A stretch of DNA of 64,000 nt from Hemiscyllium ocellatum. Taxonomy: Eukaryota. The stretch is taken from the NCBI RefSeq assembly GCF_020745735.1, contig NC_083421.1, positions 10,400,248 through 10,464,247 on the forward strand, in the 5' to 3' direction. Made by a program: the position numbers and the translations under genes. Of this stretch, positions 24,476 through 35,072 are shown one piece after another (within the stretch, counting starts at the first letter, position 1; each line of letters starts with the position of its first letter). The notes under the pieces are model-generated. The model did no database searches. It saw only the letters and a program-made list of their open reading frames with translations, and had not been told where the DNA came from.

Positions 24476-24801
24476 CTGAAGTCACTGTCACCATGGTCCC
24501 TTGGCCCCAGTAATAGCTATACTGTCTCTTGCAAAGTAATAGATGGCGGTGTCTTCGATCTTCAGGTTAGTCATGTCCAACGTGAAAATGTTGCTTGAAG
24601 TGTCTTTGGACGCAGTAAATCGACCCTTAATCGCTGGTGCATAGTTATTGCTGGATGGAATCTTGTAGTACAGCAGCCACTCCCAGTACATGTAGTAGCT
24701 GCTAAGATCGAACCCGCTGGTTTTACAGGTCAGTTCCAGGCTGCCTTCGGAACGGCCAGTCTCTGCCTCTGGCTGGGTCAAAACAATCTCCGACTGGACA
24801 C
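24476..24801 (-). pseudogene. IGHV: Pre-joined VH-D-JH exon (IgM-type VH), out of frame
   Basis: Acceptor TTTAAAG|GT at 24802. V reads [42 protein letters not shown]...[38 protein letters not shown]. It is fused directly to a JH (TACTGGGGCCAAGGGACCATGGTGACAGTGACTTCAG|GTAAG = [12 protein letters not shown] in another frame). Exon is 326 nt, not a multiple of 3, giving TGA at 24490-24488. No heptamer/nonamer between V and J. Confidence 0.93.
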
Positions 24802-24930
24802 CTTTAAAAAAGAAAAGAAATAAACCATGAGCATTAATGCAGATGAAATGATGGCTGTGTCTTTTACATTCCTGAGGTAGACTAACATTGAGACAGTAAC
24901 AAAGGCAGACTTGAACAAAAAAACACTCAC

Positions 24931-24979
24931 ATGATAAGAAAGTCAGTAATAAACTGAGACAAATTGTCGACACAATCAT
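24931..24979 (-). CDS. IGHV: VH leader (signal peptide) exon [16 protein letters not shown]
   Basis: ATG at 24979, hydrophobic 16 codons plus 1 nt, donor GTGAGT at 24930. Spliced peptide continues [10 protein letters not shown]. Confidence 0.93.
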
Positions 24980-25066
24980 TCTGATAACTTCTGGGAAGCG
25001 GTTCTGTCAAGATCTTTCTAAACAAAGCCGACCCAGGAGTGTTGAATTACGGTCCAGTGCCTAGGA

Positions 25067-25072
25067 TTTATA
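25067..25072 (-). promoter_or_regulatory. TATA box of the VH promoter
   Basis: CATATAAAT about 90 nt upstream of the leader ATG. ETS-like CAGGAAA and GCGGAAG lie just upstream. I saw no perfect octamer nearby, consistent with established lack of the octamer in shark VH promoters. Confidence 0.65.
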
Positions 25073-25344
25073 TGGCCATCGGAAAGGGCAGGCTCACAGC
25101 TTCCGCCTGTTGGTTTCCTGCTGGAGGCTGAGACTGGATCCTGGTATCAGCTCACAGCCCGAACACATGGGTTCATGTATTTACGAGGTTACGCTTAAAC
25201 ATGTTTATATACACATCTTGGGATAATTATTTTGCTGGATAGCTTCTTTGGGAGAGTTTCTTAAATGGTGGAAGTAAAATTGAGTAGCTTCAGGTCTGTT
25301 TCACATGATAGTTGCAAGTATTTTGTTTAAAAAAATCATTCGAA

Positions 25345-25800
25345 AGTTAGCTCCTTTTATTTCTACATTCATTCACAAGCAGATAAAACTAAAATCAAAG
25401 TTCAAACGTATTACTAGCTAGTAAAACAATTGAGGTTTTTTTTCCCTGGACACTGCCAGTCTCTGCCCCACTACAAAATAACATGTAATTCATACTAAAC
25501 ATTTCAAAATTCAATTTAGGCAACTGAATACAGAACGAGTCCAAAGTGATTATATTTAGAATATTCAATTAGAAGTTAACTCCCTTTAATTCTACATTCC
25601 ACCACAAGCAGATACAGCTAAAAGAACTTCAATAATATTATTAACCAACAAAATGAGTGACTTTATTTTTGCTGTCACTCAGAGTCTCTCTCACTTTACA
25701 AAATAACATCCCATTTTTAATCTGCGTTTCTAAATTCAATTTAGGCAACCTAATATGGAGCATGTCTAAAGTGATTATGTTCAGAATGTGAGTGGATGTC
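25345..25800. repeat. Diverged ~228-bp tandem duplication upstream of the VH promoter
   Basis: TTCTACATT..CACAAGCAGATA at 25361 and 25590; AAATTCAATTTAGGCAAC at about 25508 and 25733; AAAGTGATTAT in both copies. Confidence 0.8.
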
Positions 25801-26947
25801 ACTAAACAGTTTGGACCCGAAGATTAGAAGCACCTCCTTATATTGCAGAATGTCTCTTCTTGCATCTTTTTTTTCAAATTACTCCAACCCTAAAATGCAT
25901 AGTAAAGGAAAGCTGTGTGCCTGAGAAACAAAAAGTGAGTTGGCAGTGATACATAACACCTAGGTAAACTTTTGAAAGAGCATCTAATGAACCAGAACAG
26001 GACAGTCTATATGGTTTTTTTTAAATCCTCAACATCTAAACCATTGCAGGTAACTGTCTGGGTACATCAGGAGTGTTTGGTTAAATTAGAGAGTATTACA
26101 ATAATCATTACCACGAATGTAGGTTATAAACAGTACATTTCTCTGCTCACTGATAGCTCTGACAGGGGCAGTTAACTCATAGAAATAAGCAAAAATTCAC
26201 TGTTACAGGACACCAGTGTTAACCATGTATAAAGGTCCCACTCTGTTTTAATGAGATACATGAATCAGAGAATGGTGCAACAAGTGATGTGAGTTTGAAC
26301 CAATTCAAGTTTGTTAATTTACTTTGAGATGATAACAAATGTTACTGCAATGTGGGATTTGGATCCATTAACTTCATATTCAGGAGCTTTTAAGATACTC
26401 AATAAACAGGCTGGATTAACCAGAATGTCACTGCATTCAATGTCCTGTTTCTGATAGTCATACAGTGAATGCTGTATTCAGTGACTTTCCTTTTTAAAGA
26501 AGAAATGCCAAGTGAAATGTATCCATTGTGAGTAAATGGGAAAATATAGTTTGTTTGGTAGGATTTTACTTTAGTTGATTCATTTTCCCTTTAATCGGCC
26601 AGATACAATAGTTGGCAGCAATTAAGCTGACTGCAGAAAAGGTCCTTGAGTTTCCAGTTTCATTTACTGGAAGCAGGTGGAGTTTCTGCAGGGGATCAAA
26701 GATATTTTGTCTCACTGTTGACCAGTTGGTGGAAAGCCAACTGCAAACCATAACCACTGCCTCCGCAGGAACACATCTACTCAGCAACAATGCTGGAGAA
26801 AAGTTTATTTTTCAGTTGTGAAATTTGGAGAACTAGTCACTCCTTTCATTGAAGGAAATATTCGCAGAGTCTCAGACACAACCTAAACATCAACAGTTCA
26901 TTCGAGGATCACTACAGCACTGTTTAATATTGAGAAACATTGATAAA

Positions 26948-27250
26948 TAGTCATAGAGTCATGGAGTGATACAGCATGGAAACAGACACTTCAGTCCAAC
27001 CAGTCCATGCCAGTCATAATCCCAAACTAAACTAATCCCGCCTGTGTGTACTTGGCCCAAATCCTTCCAAACATTTGATATTCATTTACTTATCCAAATG
27101 TCTTCTATAGGTTGTAAGTATCCACCACCAGATCATCCCACACACAAACCATTCTCTGTGTAAAAAGTTGTCTCTGATATCTTTTTAAAAATTTTTCTCC
27201 TCTCATTGTAAAAACATGTTCCCTATTGTCGAAATTCCCCGCCATAAGGA
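26948..27250 (-). mobile_element. CR1 3' tail fragment
   Basis: TAGTCATAGAGTCATGGAG...ACAGCATGGAAACAGAC... is the reverse complement of the shared tail. Confidence 0.7.
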
Positions 27251-27253
27251 GAA

Positions 27254-30048
27254 TACGCCAATGTCTGGGTCAAAAATTGAAAACAATCCCAGCTCCAAAC
27301 ATTTACAAGTTGTCACTATGGATCTTCCTTGAGTCCAAAAAATATTGTCCCCTTTGATCAATGATTTGTAAAATTTATTCGCGTATCTAATGCGATGGAT
27401 GTTTTCAAATAACTTCTGAAATGCAAGTGACTCACATCAATCGTATTAAAGTGACATTTCGTGTGTTATCTCACACACAAAAAAAAACAAGTTTGTTGAC
27501 ATGAGTTGCTTTGAGGAAGTCTATGATGAATTCTTTTATCAAACAAAATCATTTCCAGTGTTGTGAGGGCTCGTCTATCTTCCGTGCAATGGTCTGAATT
27601 TTAAGTTGTGTCTGACTGCAGATGAAACTGGCTGCTCTGGGTAAAAGTACAGTTTGTGCCTTTCACATTGTTAATGTTTAGTTGAATAAAGGGATGTTGC
27701 CCCAGGCATCGTCTGCACCATTAATTAGACCATTAATTTCCACATCGCTAGCCAGAGGGTCAGGTGGAGTTTATTGATATGTGATATTTTTTGAGATGAA
27801 TCATGTAAATTAGAGCCATTCACCTTTCCACTCATGGCTTTATAAACTTAGATGAGGTCACCCCCCGAACTCTCACCCTCCAGTGAAACAAGTTCCAGTC
27901 TATCTGGATTTCCAACGGTAACTTTGTTCCCTCACATTCTGCTGTTAAAGATCCTCCTGCCACCCCAGGTCCACAGAGAGTGTCCCTTGATACTAGTTCA
28001 AAGAAATGAAAGGAACTTGTCCCACCATATTGTTCAATTTTATTTGGCTTCAAAACCATAAAAAATAAATGTTCATGTCATTGCTGATTTATGGGAGAAT
28101 TCCGTTTACACAGTATCTGCTGAAATACCTGCAGTACCATCCTGAATCTGGTTCGCAGGTTCACCTGTTGCTCACAAATGCAACTAGACATCAGGGAACA
28201 GTGTGTGGGATATAGGTAAAGTAGTGTTACTTCTACAATTATAATTACTTATACAAAGTAAATGAACTCACACCAGTGTGTAATTGTTTCAGCCAAGAGC
28301 TGAGTCAACAAGAATAGAAACTATGTGGAGGAAATGCATAATTGTTTTTGTATTAGCTAAAATTATATGCAACAATGAAACGTGACGGCAAAACAATAGT
28401 AGATATTACAGACGAATAGACAAGATGCTGTGAGGGGAGGGAGTTAAGCTAGATACGCCTGTACAAACAATAGGTATAAATATCTGTTTCCCACTTTTAC
28501 CGAAACACAGGAACAAACCCCAATTAAAAGGGTCATAAGGATCCGTATGGTAGGGGAAGGCACAGATGGAGGGAGTAGATAATGGTGAAGAAAGGATATG
28601 CCTAACAATGGGCCACAGCGGGATGAGGTCAAATGGCCTTGTGAGACCAGAAATAAGCATTTTGTCACAGACAAGGCTGGATAAGGCAAGAGATAAACAG
28701 GAGTAATGGGCGCCGATCTTAGGGAAGTGGAAAATGTAAACGGGGAGGAACAATGAAATAAAAAAATAGAAACCAAATTACATAAATATCGTGTATTAGT
28801 TGACTTCAGTGTGTATGTCCCTGCCTTGTCGACAGTGGACATCACACCATCTTGCAAGAGTAAACTAAAGGGCACCACTGATTCAGATTTTGTCTCGGAC
28901 TGAAATTATTGAAGTGTGTGAGCTTTGTTTCTCACAAGTAAACATCGTCCACACCCAGCCCTCCACCCTTCCCTTCTGTACTTTTCACTTTGTGAAATCT
29001 GTGTTGTCAATAATCAGTTAAAAGAAAGATTTTTTAAAACTTTCTTAATTCATCTTGCTGATCTTGGCTGAGTAAAGGTATGTTGCTGTCAGCGTTTCTG
29101 GGGAACATGTCTGCATTTTTTTAATGTCAGTTTACAATGATATGAAGTCAAGAATTGTCAAAGTGTCCTGAGAAACAACGTTTAGAAATGGGCGTTCTGC
29201 CCCTACTTTTTCCCCATTAGCCAGGACTTACAGCATTGGAGATCATATCAAGTTGATAATGGATTAGACCCTACACAATGGTCCCGAATGTTTACTTCAA
29301 GTGCTATCACCTGCAGGGTTATGGGCAACATGCTATAAAATGGGTGTTGGCTGGAAGGTTCTGTTTTCACGTGATACAGGTGTGGTGGGCGAAGTGATCT
29401 CTCTCTGCCGTGAAAACTTTATCTTTCCAAAATTCATCTTTCCTACTTTGTCTCGTTCAGAGGCTCTAATTCACATGATTCATACCAGAAATATTCCAAG
29501 CCTTCGTTTCAATGATATCAATAAACTCCACCTGATAGTCTGGCTAGTGATGTGGAAATTAATGGTCTAATTAATGGTGCCAGACGATGCCTGGGACTAC
29601 ATCACTTTATTCACCTAAAGTCAGCAATATACATTGACAATGTGAAAGGCACAAACTGTACTTTTACCCAGAGCAACCAGTTACATCTGCATTCAGATAC
29701 AAAATTCAGACCATTGTACAGAAGATAGACGAGCCCTCACAAAATTGGAAATGATTTTGTTTGATAAAACAGTCCATCCTAGACTTGCTTAGAACAACCG
29801 GTGACAACAAAATTGCTTGATTTTTTTTGTGTGGGGTAATACATGAAATGTTACTGTATTCAGACTGATGTGAACCATTTGCACTTCAAGTTATTTGAAG
29901 ACGTCCTTCACAACAGATATGGGAGCAAATTTTAGAAATCATTGATCAAAGGGAATTTTTTTTTGGACTCAAGGAAGATCCATAGTGATACTTTGTAAAT
30001 GTTTGGAGCTGTGATTGCTTTAAATTTTTAACTAAGACATTGGCATAC
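27254..30048. repeat. Inverted duplication: arms about 27254-27817 and 29462-30048, spacer about 1.6 kb
   Basis: Colinear reverse-complement matches along the whole arm, e.g. CTATGGATCTTCCTTGAGTCCAAAAAA / TTTTTTGGACTCAAGGAAGATCCATAG and GGGTAAAAGTACAGTTTGTGCCTTTCACATTG / CAATGTGAAAGGCACAAACTGTACTTTTACCC. Confidence 0.9.
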
Positions 30049-30559
30049 AGTGGACAACAGCACAATTTGCTGTAACATGAAACTCGCAACCACTGTGAAC
30101 CATCGCCTGATGGTTCAGAATTTAACAAGGACCTTGCAAGGTTTGTGGAATGGACCGACGAGTGATACATGAAAATTAACAAAGGCATTTCTGAAATGAT
30201 TAATTTAGCTAGGAAGAATGTAGAGACTTCACATCTCTGTTTGCATTTCAATATACTATAAATTACTTTTCTATTATATCCTAAAATACTCGTGTCTTTG
30301 TTCATTTTTAATACACTCTATCTTGTTCCAGGGTTGAGATAGTTTCTTTATTTATTTCACTCAAGACTGGATGCTGTAGTTTTGCCTCAGTATTGGCCAA
30401 ACTCGGTTTGGTGCCAGCTTATATCACTTGAGCTGCTTTTTCAGGAAGTGAATCTCTCCACTTGTTCAGTCAAAATAATCTGTTCATGCTTAGATCGAAA
30501 TAAATCCTATTAATATCATCCCAAATTCAGACTCGGTTATTTTGTATTTATTCATTGGA

Positions 30560-31620
30560 ATTGAACAGGAATATGACCGGCTGTTCTTGGTGGAGTGGGA
30601 GGGGGAGTTAAAGTGTTCAGCCACGGGGCTGTGGGGTTGGTTGGCACGGGTATCCCAGAGACGTTCTCTGAAATGATCCGCAAGTTAGTGTCCTGCCTCC
30701 CTGATGCAGAGGAGACCACATCAGGTGGAACAGACACAGTGGATGACATTTGTGGAAGTATAGATAAGTTTCTGTGGGATGTGGAAGGATCATTTGGGGC
30801 CTTGTCGGAGGTGAGGGGGAGGTGTGGGCGCAGGTTTTGCACTTCTTGTGGTGACAGGGGAAGGTGACAGTGGTGGGGAGTGGGCTGGTGGGGGGGCATG
30901 GACCTGACGAGGGAGTCGTGGAAGGAATGGTGTCTCCGGAATGCCGATATGTGTAGGGAAGGAAATATACCCCGAGTGATGGGGTCTGTTTACAGTGGTG
31001 GATGCAGCAGAGGATGATATGATGTATGCAAGGTTGGTGCGGTGGAAGATGAGGACCAGGAGGGCTCCCTGTTGCGATTGGAGGGATGGGGTTCAAGGGC
31101 ATCATCGACCATGTGGGAGGGGAAATTGCAGTCTTTGATAAAGGATCTGGGATGTTTTATGGTGGAACTGTTCCTCCTGGGAGCAGATGCGGTGGAGGCA
31201 GAGGAATTGAGAATGAAGGATGGCATTTTTACAGGAGGTCGGGTGGGAGGAGGTGTAGTCCAGGTAGCTGTGAGAGTCAGTGGGCTTGTAGTAAATGTTT
31301 AGTTGGTCACTGGAGATAGAGATGGAGAGATCTAGGAAAGGAAGGGAGGTGTCCAAGATGGTCCCTGTAAAGTTTAGGTCAGGGTGGAAGGTTTTAGTAA
31401 AGTAGATGAACTGTTCAACCTCCTAGTGGTTGCATGAGGTGGTGTTGATACAGTCATCAATGTAGCAGTGGTAAAGGTGGGCAATGTAGCTGTGGAAGAT
31501 TGACTTTTCCACATATCTGACGAAGAGGCAGGCATAACTGGGGTCCACACAGGTGTCCATGGCTACCCCTTTGGTTTGGAGGAAGTGGGAGGATTGAAAG
31601 AAAATGTAGTTGAGGTTGAG
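30560..31620 (-). mobile_element. Degenerate Penelope-like element (RT C-terminal half plus GIY-YIG)
   Basis: ORF pieces FLQTKGVAMDTCVDPSYACLF, YIDD, LPFLDLSISI, YYKPTDSHSYLDYTSSHP and CHHKKCKTCAH; many frameshifts. Confidence 0.85.
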
Positions 31621-32978
31621 CATGTACTGCTTGGGTTGGCGTGACAGGAAGAAATGGAGGGCTTCGAGGCCTCCATCATGGCGTTTGGATGTGTACAGGG
31701 CCTGGACATTCTGTTCATTCTGGGGCTTATCAATAGCTTGCAGTTATTATGGAACTGCAAGGGCAATAGCTGGGAACTCGGAGAAACCAATGGTTCAGTC
31801 TTCTGCTTGAAGCAAATTTTGACCAGAACATTTAAACACCACAAAGCTCACTGTAGGAAATGCCAGTGCTGCAACTTTTAATAATATTTGAAACTTGGTT
31901 TAAAATAGGGATTTTTAGTAATAGTTTCTGAAATAATCAAGAAAAGAATTAACCGTTAGAACAAGATCTATCAAAGAGAGAGGATTTGCAAAGTTTGAAA
32001 CCACACAGTGCTGTGGTTTATTTGAATTCAATGTCGGTCAGAGTTAGATACAGCCAAGGTGATCTCTCCATATATTGATTCTGTTAATCGGACACACCAA
32101 CATACCTGTCTGTACTAAACTGTATTATTTGTTTAGTTGATCAAAATTTAGGAAATAGATCAAACAGAATGTATTCGGCTGGGAAGGTGATGGATACAGA
32201 AGACAGAATCAAAAGCTGGGAACATTAAATCTGAAGAGAGAGTAACAAGTAGTACACGATCAAAGACATGAAAGGTGCATGTCAATGTGTTCCAGACATT
32301 AGTGAATCGAATGAGCTTGTTAGATGGTCGACAGACTCGTCCAACGACATCCTGGAATCAGACCGTGAAATAGAGATCGAAAGGTCGATTTGCAAATGTC
32401 ACTTCAATGTGATCACTTCACACTCTGTGTCCTGATATAGGCCACATTGGCAGGTGTTTCTGCCAGATTGTATCCCCTGGGTTTATTTTCAGATCAGAAG
32501 TGAGATGTGTGGCTTGCTGCTGGCACATAGAAACAGGAAGTTGCGCGCCAGCTGAGAATGATACATCAGGCGCTACTTGCCGTATTATCAGCACAAAGAG
32601 TCTTCCTACCTCTGAGGGTGAACACACTGACAGTGTCAAGAACAAACGGACAGTTTGCTGTTGGTCTCAACATTGTATTCAATTCCATTCCCATTTTCCA
32701 GAATGAAACAGAAGAGACACAAGATTATTTCAGCTAGAGTAAATTAGCTGTCAGAGAGATAAGAAAGAGTTATCACCGGGTGAAAGGAGCGAAATGGCAA
32801 AATGTAGTTTCGCTCATCAACCTATGTTTAAAAGTAGAAAGCTTGAGGGAAGTTAATAAATAAATCTAAGAGACAGCATTCATTAAAAGTTGGAATTGTA
32901 AGGTTTAAGCAATAAAATTCAGCAGGGCTTTGGTGGAAGTGATATCATATCGGAAGTGATTGATTCTGTTTTCCGGAG

Positions 32979-33643
32979 CTGAAAATGTGTTGCTGGTTAA
33001 AGAGCAGCAGGTCAGGCAGCATCCAAGGAACAGGAAATTCGACGTTTCGGGCTAAAGCTTCATCAGGAATGAGGAAAGTGTGTCCAGCAGGCTAAGATAA
33101 AAGGTAGGGAGGAGGGACTTGGGGGAGGGGCGATGGAGATGTGATAGGTGGAAGGAGGTCAAAGTGAGGGTGATAGGCCGGAGTGGGGTGGGGGCGGAGA
33201 GGTCAGGAAGAAAATTGCAGGTCAGGAGGGCGGTGCTGAGTTCGAGGGAATTGACTGAGGCAAGGTGAGGGGAGGGGAAATGAGGAAACTGGAGAAATCT
33301 GAGTTCATCCCTTGTGGCTGGAGGGTTCCCAGGCAGAAGATGAGGTGCTCTTCCTCCAGCCGTCGTGTTGCCATGGTCTGGCGATGGAGGAGTCCAAGGA
33401 CCTGCATGTCCTTGGTGTAGTGGGAGGGAGAGTTAAAGTGTTGAGCCACGGGGTGGTTGGGTTGGTTGGTCCGAGCGTCCCAGGAGCATTCCCTGAAGCG
33501 TTCCGCAAGTAGGTGGCCCGTCTCACCAATATTGAGGAGGCCACATCCGGTGCAGCGGATGCAATAGATGATGTGTGTGGAGGTGCAGGTGAATTTGTGG
33601 CGGATATGGAAGGAACCCAACATCAACACTTTAACTCTCCCTC
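32979..33643 (-). mobile_element. 5'-truncated Penelope-like element (GIY-YIG plus terminal repeat)
   Basis: ORF 33222-33629 is near-identical in motif to 2877-3563. 14-bp TSD TCTGTTTTCCGGAG at 32965-32978 and 33644-33657. Confidence 0.88.
33037..33070 (-). ncRNA. Minimal hammerhead motif, stem II damaged
   Basis: ATTC-CTGATGA-AGCTTTAGCCC-GAAAC-GTC-GAAT; the 4-bp stem I is intact. Confidence 0.55.
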
Positions 33644-34842
33644 TCTGTTTTCCGGAGAGGCAATGAGATGTGTCATCGGGTGTAAAAAGTGGATGTGATG
33701 CTTCTTGACTTCAATCAGGTTTTTGACCAGATCTTGCATCATCAATATGCAAAGGGTTCATGGGATCTGGTGCAATTTGGCAACTGCATCGAAGGTTTAT
33801 TTGCTGGCAGAAGGTAATGGTCGAAGGTAGACATTGTGAAGACATCTTGTGTCCAGTGGCTTACTATATGTCTTGGTGCTGGATCCTTTGCTGTTTGCAG
33901 TGTATATGAACGATCTAGTCAAGAATGTAGCAATTTTGATCAGTAAGTTTAAAGATGAGGTGAAAAATGTTTGGTTTTGCAATTAATGAGGAGGAAAGCC
34001 AGTGTGACATCGATGACCTTGCCAGTTGGAGAGAAGAACTGAAAACAGAACATTATATCCTAAAGTCTGTGAAGTAAAGCATTTTCAAGACTAACAAATT
34101 AAGCGAATAGATGAAGCATTGTTGGAATCTTCAAATACAAAGAATAAGCGGTCTTCTGTTGTGCATTTCCAGATCATGGAGCGGGGGTTGGAGTTATAGT
34201 CTGGAGATTTTGTGGCTAGACCATTAATTCAGGAAACTGGGGTCTGAGCCTGCAGTGCTGCCACATCAAGTCATGAATTAAAGTTGATAATCAAACAACT
34301 CATTGAAGGAATAAGCTCCACAGATATCCCCTTGAGCACAACACATCAGCGCAAAAGTTAAGGCTGAAGCATTCACAGCAATCATCAGCCAGAAGTGCCA
34401 ATTGTCTGATCCATCTCGGCATCTTCTATAGATCACCAAAATTACAGCTACCTGTCTTCAGGGAATTCGCTTCTCTCCATGTGAAATCAAGGCACTGTTG
34501 GGCGGGGGGCACTGGTTACTGCAAATGCTATGGAGCCTGATAAAATTCTGGCAATAATACTGATGACTTGTGCTAGCCAAGCACACCCAGTACAGCTACC
34601 ACACTGGCATGGACAATGTGGAAAATAGGCCAGGCATGTCCTGTGCACAGAAAATAGGTCAATCCACCCTGGTGAATTACTGCTCCATCAGTCCATGCTC
34701 AATCATGAGTTAGGTGTAGGAAAGTGCTTTCAACAGTGCTATCAAGCAGCACTAGCTCAGTAATAACCTGCTCGGTGACATAAAATGTGGGTTACGCAAG
34801 GCCTACTCAGCTCATGACTGAATTACAGACTTGATTTAAACA

Positions 34843-35072
34843 AGGCTTAAAAATGTGTTGCTGGAAAAGCACAGCAGGTCAGACAGCATCAAAGGAGCAG
34901 GAGAATTGACGTTTTGGGCATAAGCCCTTCTGAAGCCTGATTCTTGAAGAAGGGCTTATGCCCGAAACGTTGATTCTCCTGCTCCTTTGATGCTGCCTGA
35001 CCTGCTGCGCTTTTCCAGCAACACATTTTTAAGTTCTGATCTCCAGCATCTGCGGTCCTCACTTTCTCCTAG
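34843..35072. mobile_element. Fold-back mini-element of Penelope terminal repeats
   Basis: ~80-bp inverted arms. TSD TTGATTTAAACA at 34831-34842 and 35073-35084. Confidence 0.82.

Larger units (their letters stand above)
5190..24979 (-). pseudogene. IGHM: Shark IgM heavy-chain cluster (L-VDJ-Cmu1-Cmu2-Cmu3-Cmu4/sec-TM1-TM2), germline-joined, probably non-functional
   Basis: Eight exons in the expected order with GT-AG sites and compatible phases. Introns are 129, 9460, 3089, 1969, 445, 2792 and 139 nt. The peptides resemble elasmobranch mu chains. Lesions lie in VDJ (frameshift, FR2 deletion, C104F) and Cmu4 (two frameshifts). Confidence 0.93.

Noticed and set aside
14710-24979. Assignment as IgM1gj, IgW or IgNAR; also a leader-to-Cmu1 V-less chain
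   Set aside because: Four C domains including Cmu2, a mu-type tail and an IgM-type VH argue for conventional IgM. Leader T plus Cmu1 AG creates a TAG stop.
28440-28800. Possible solo LTR (TATA, AATAAA, TGGGCGCC PBS-like) in the spacer of the inverted repeat
   Set aside because: No TG...CA termini, TSD or second copy identified; the PBS match is too short.
32003-32014. CACAGTGCTGTG as a possible signal joint
   Set aside because: A signal joint needs CACTGTG-CACAGTG head to head with flanking nonamers; neither is present.
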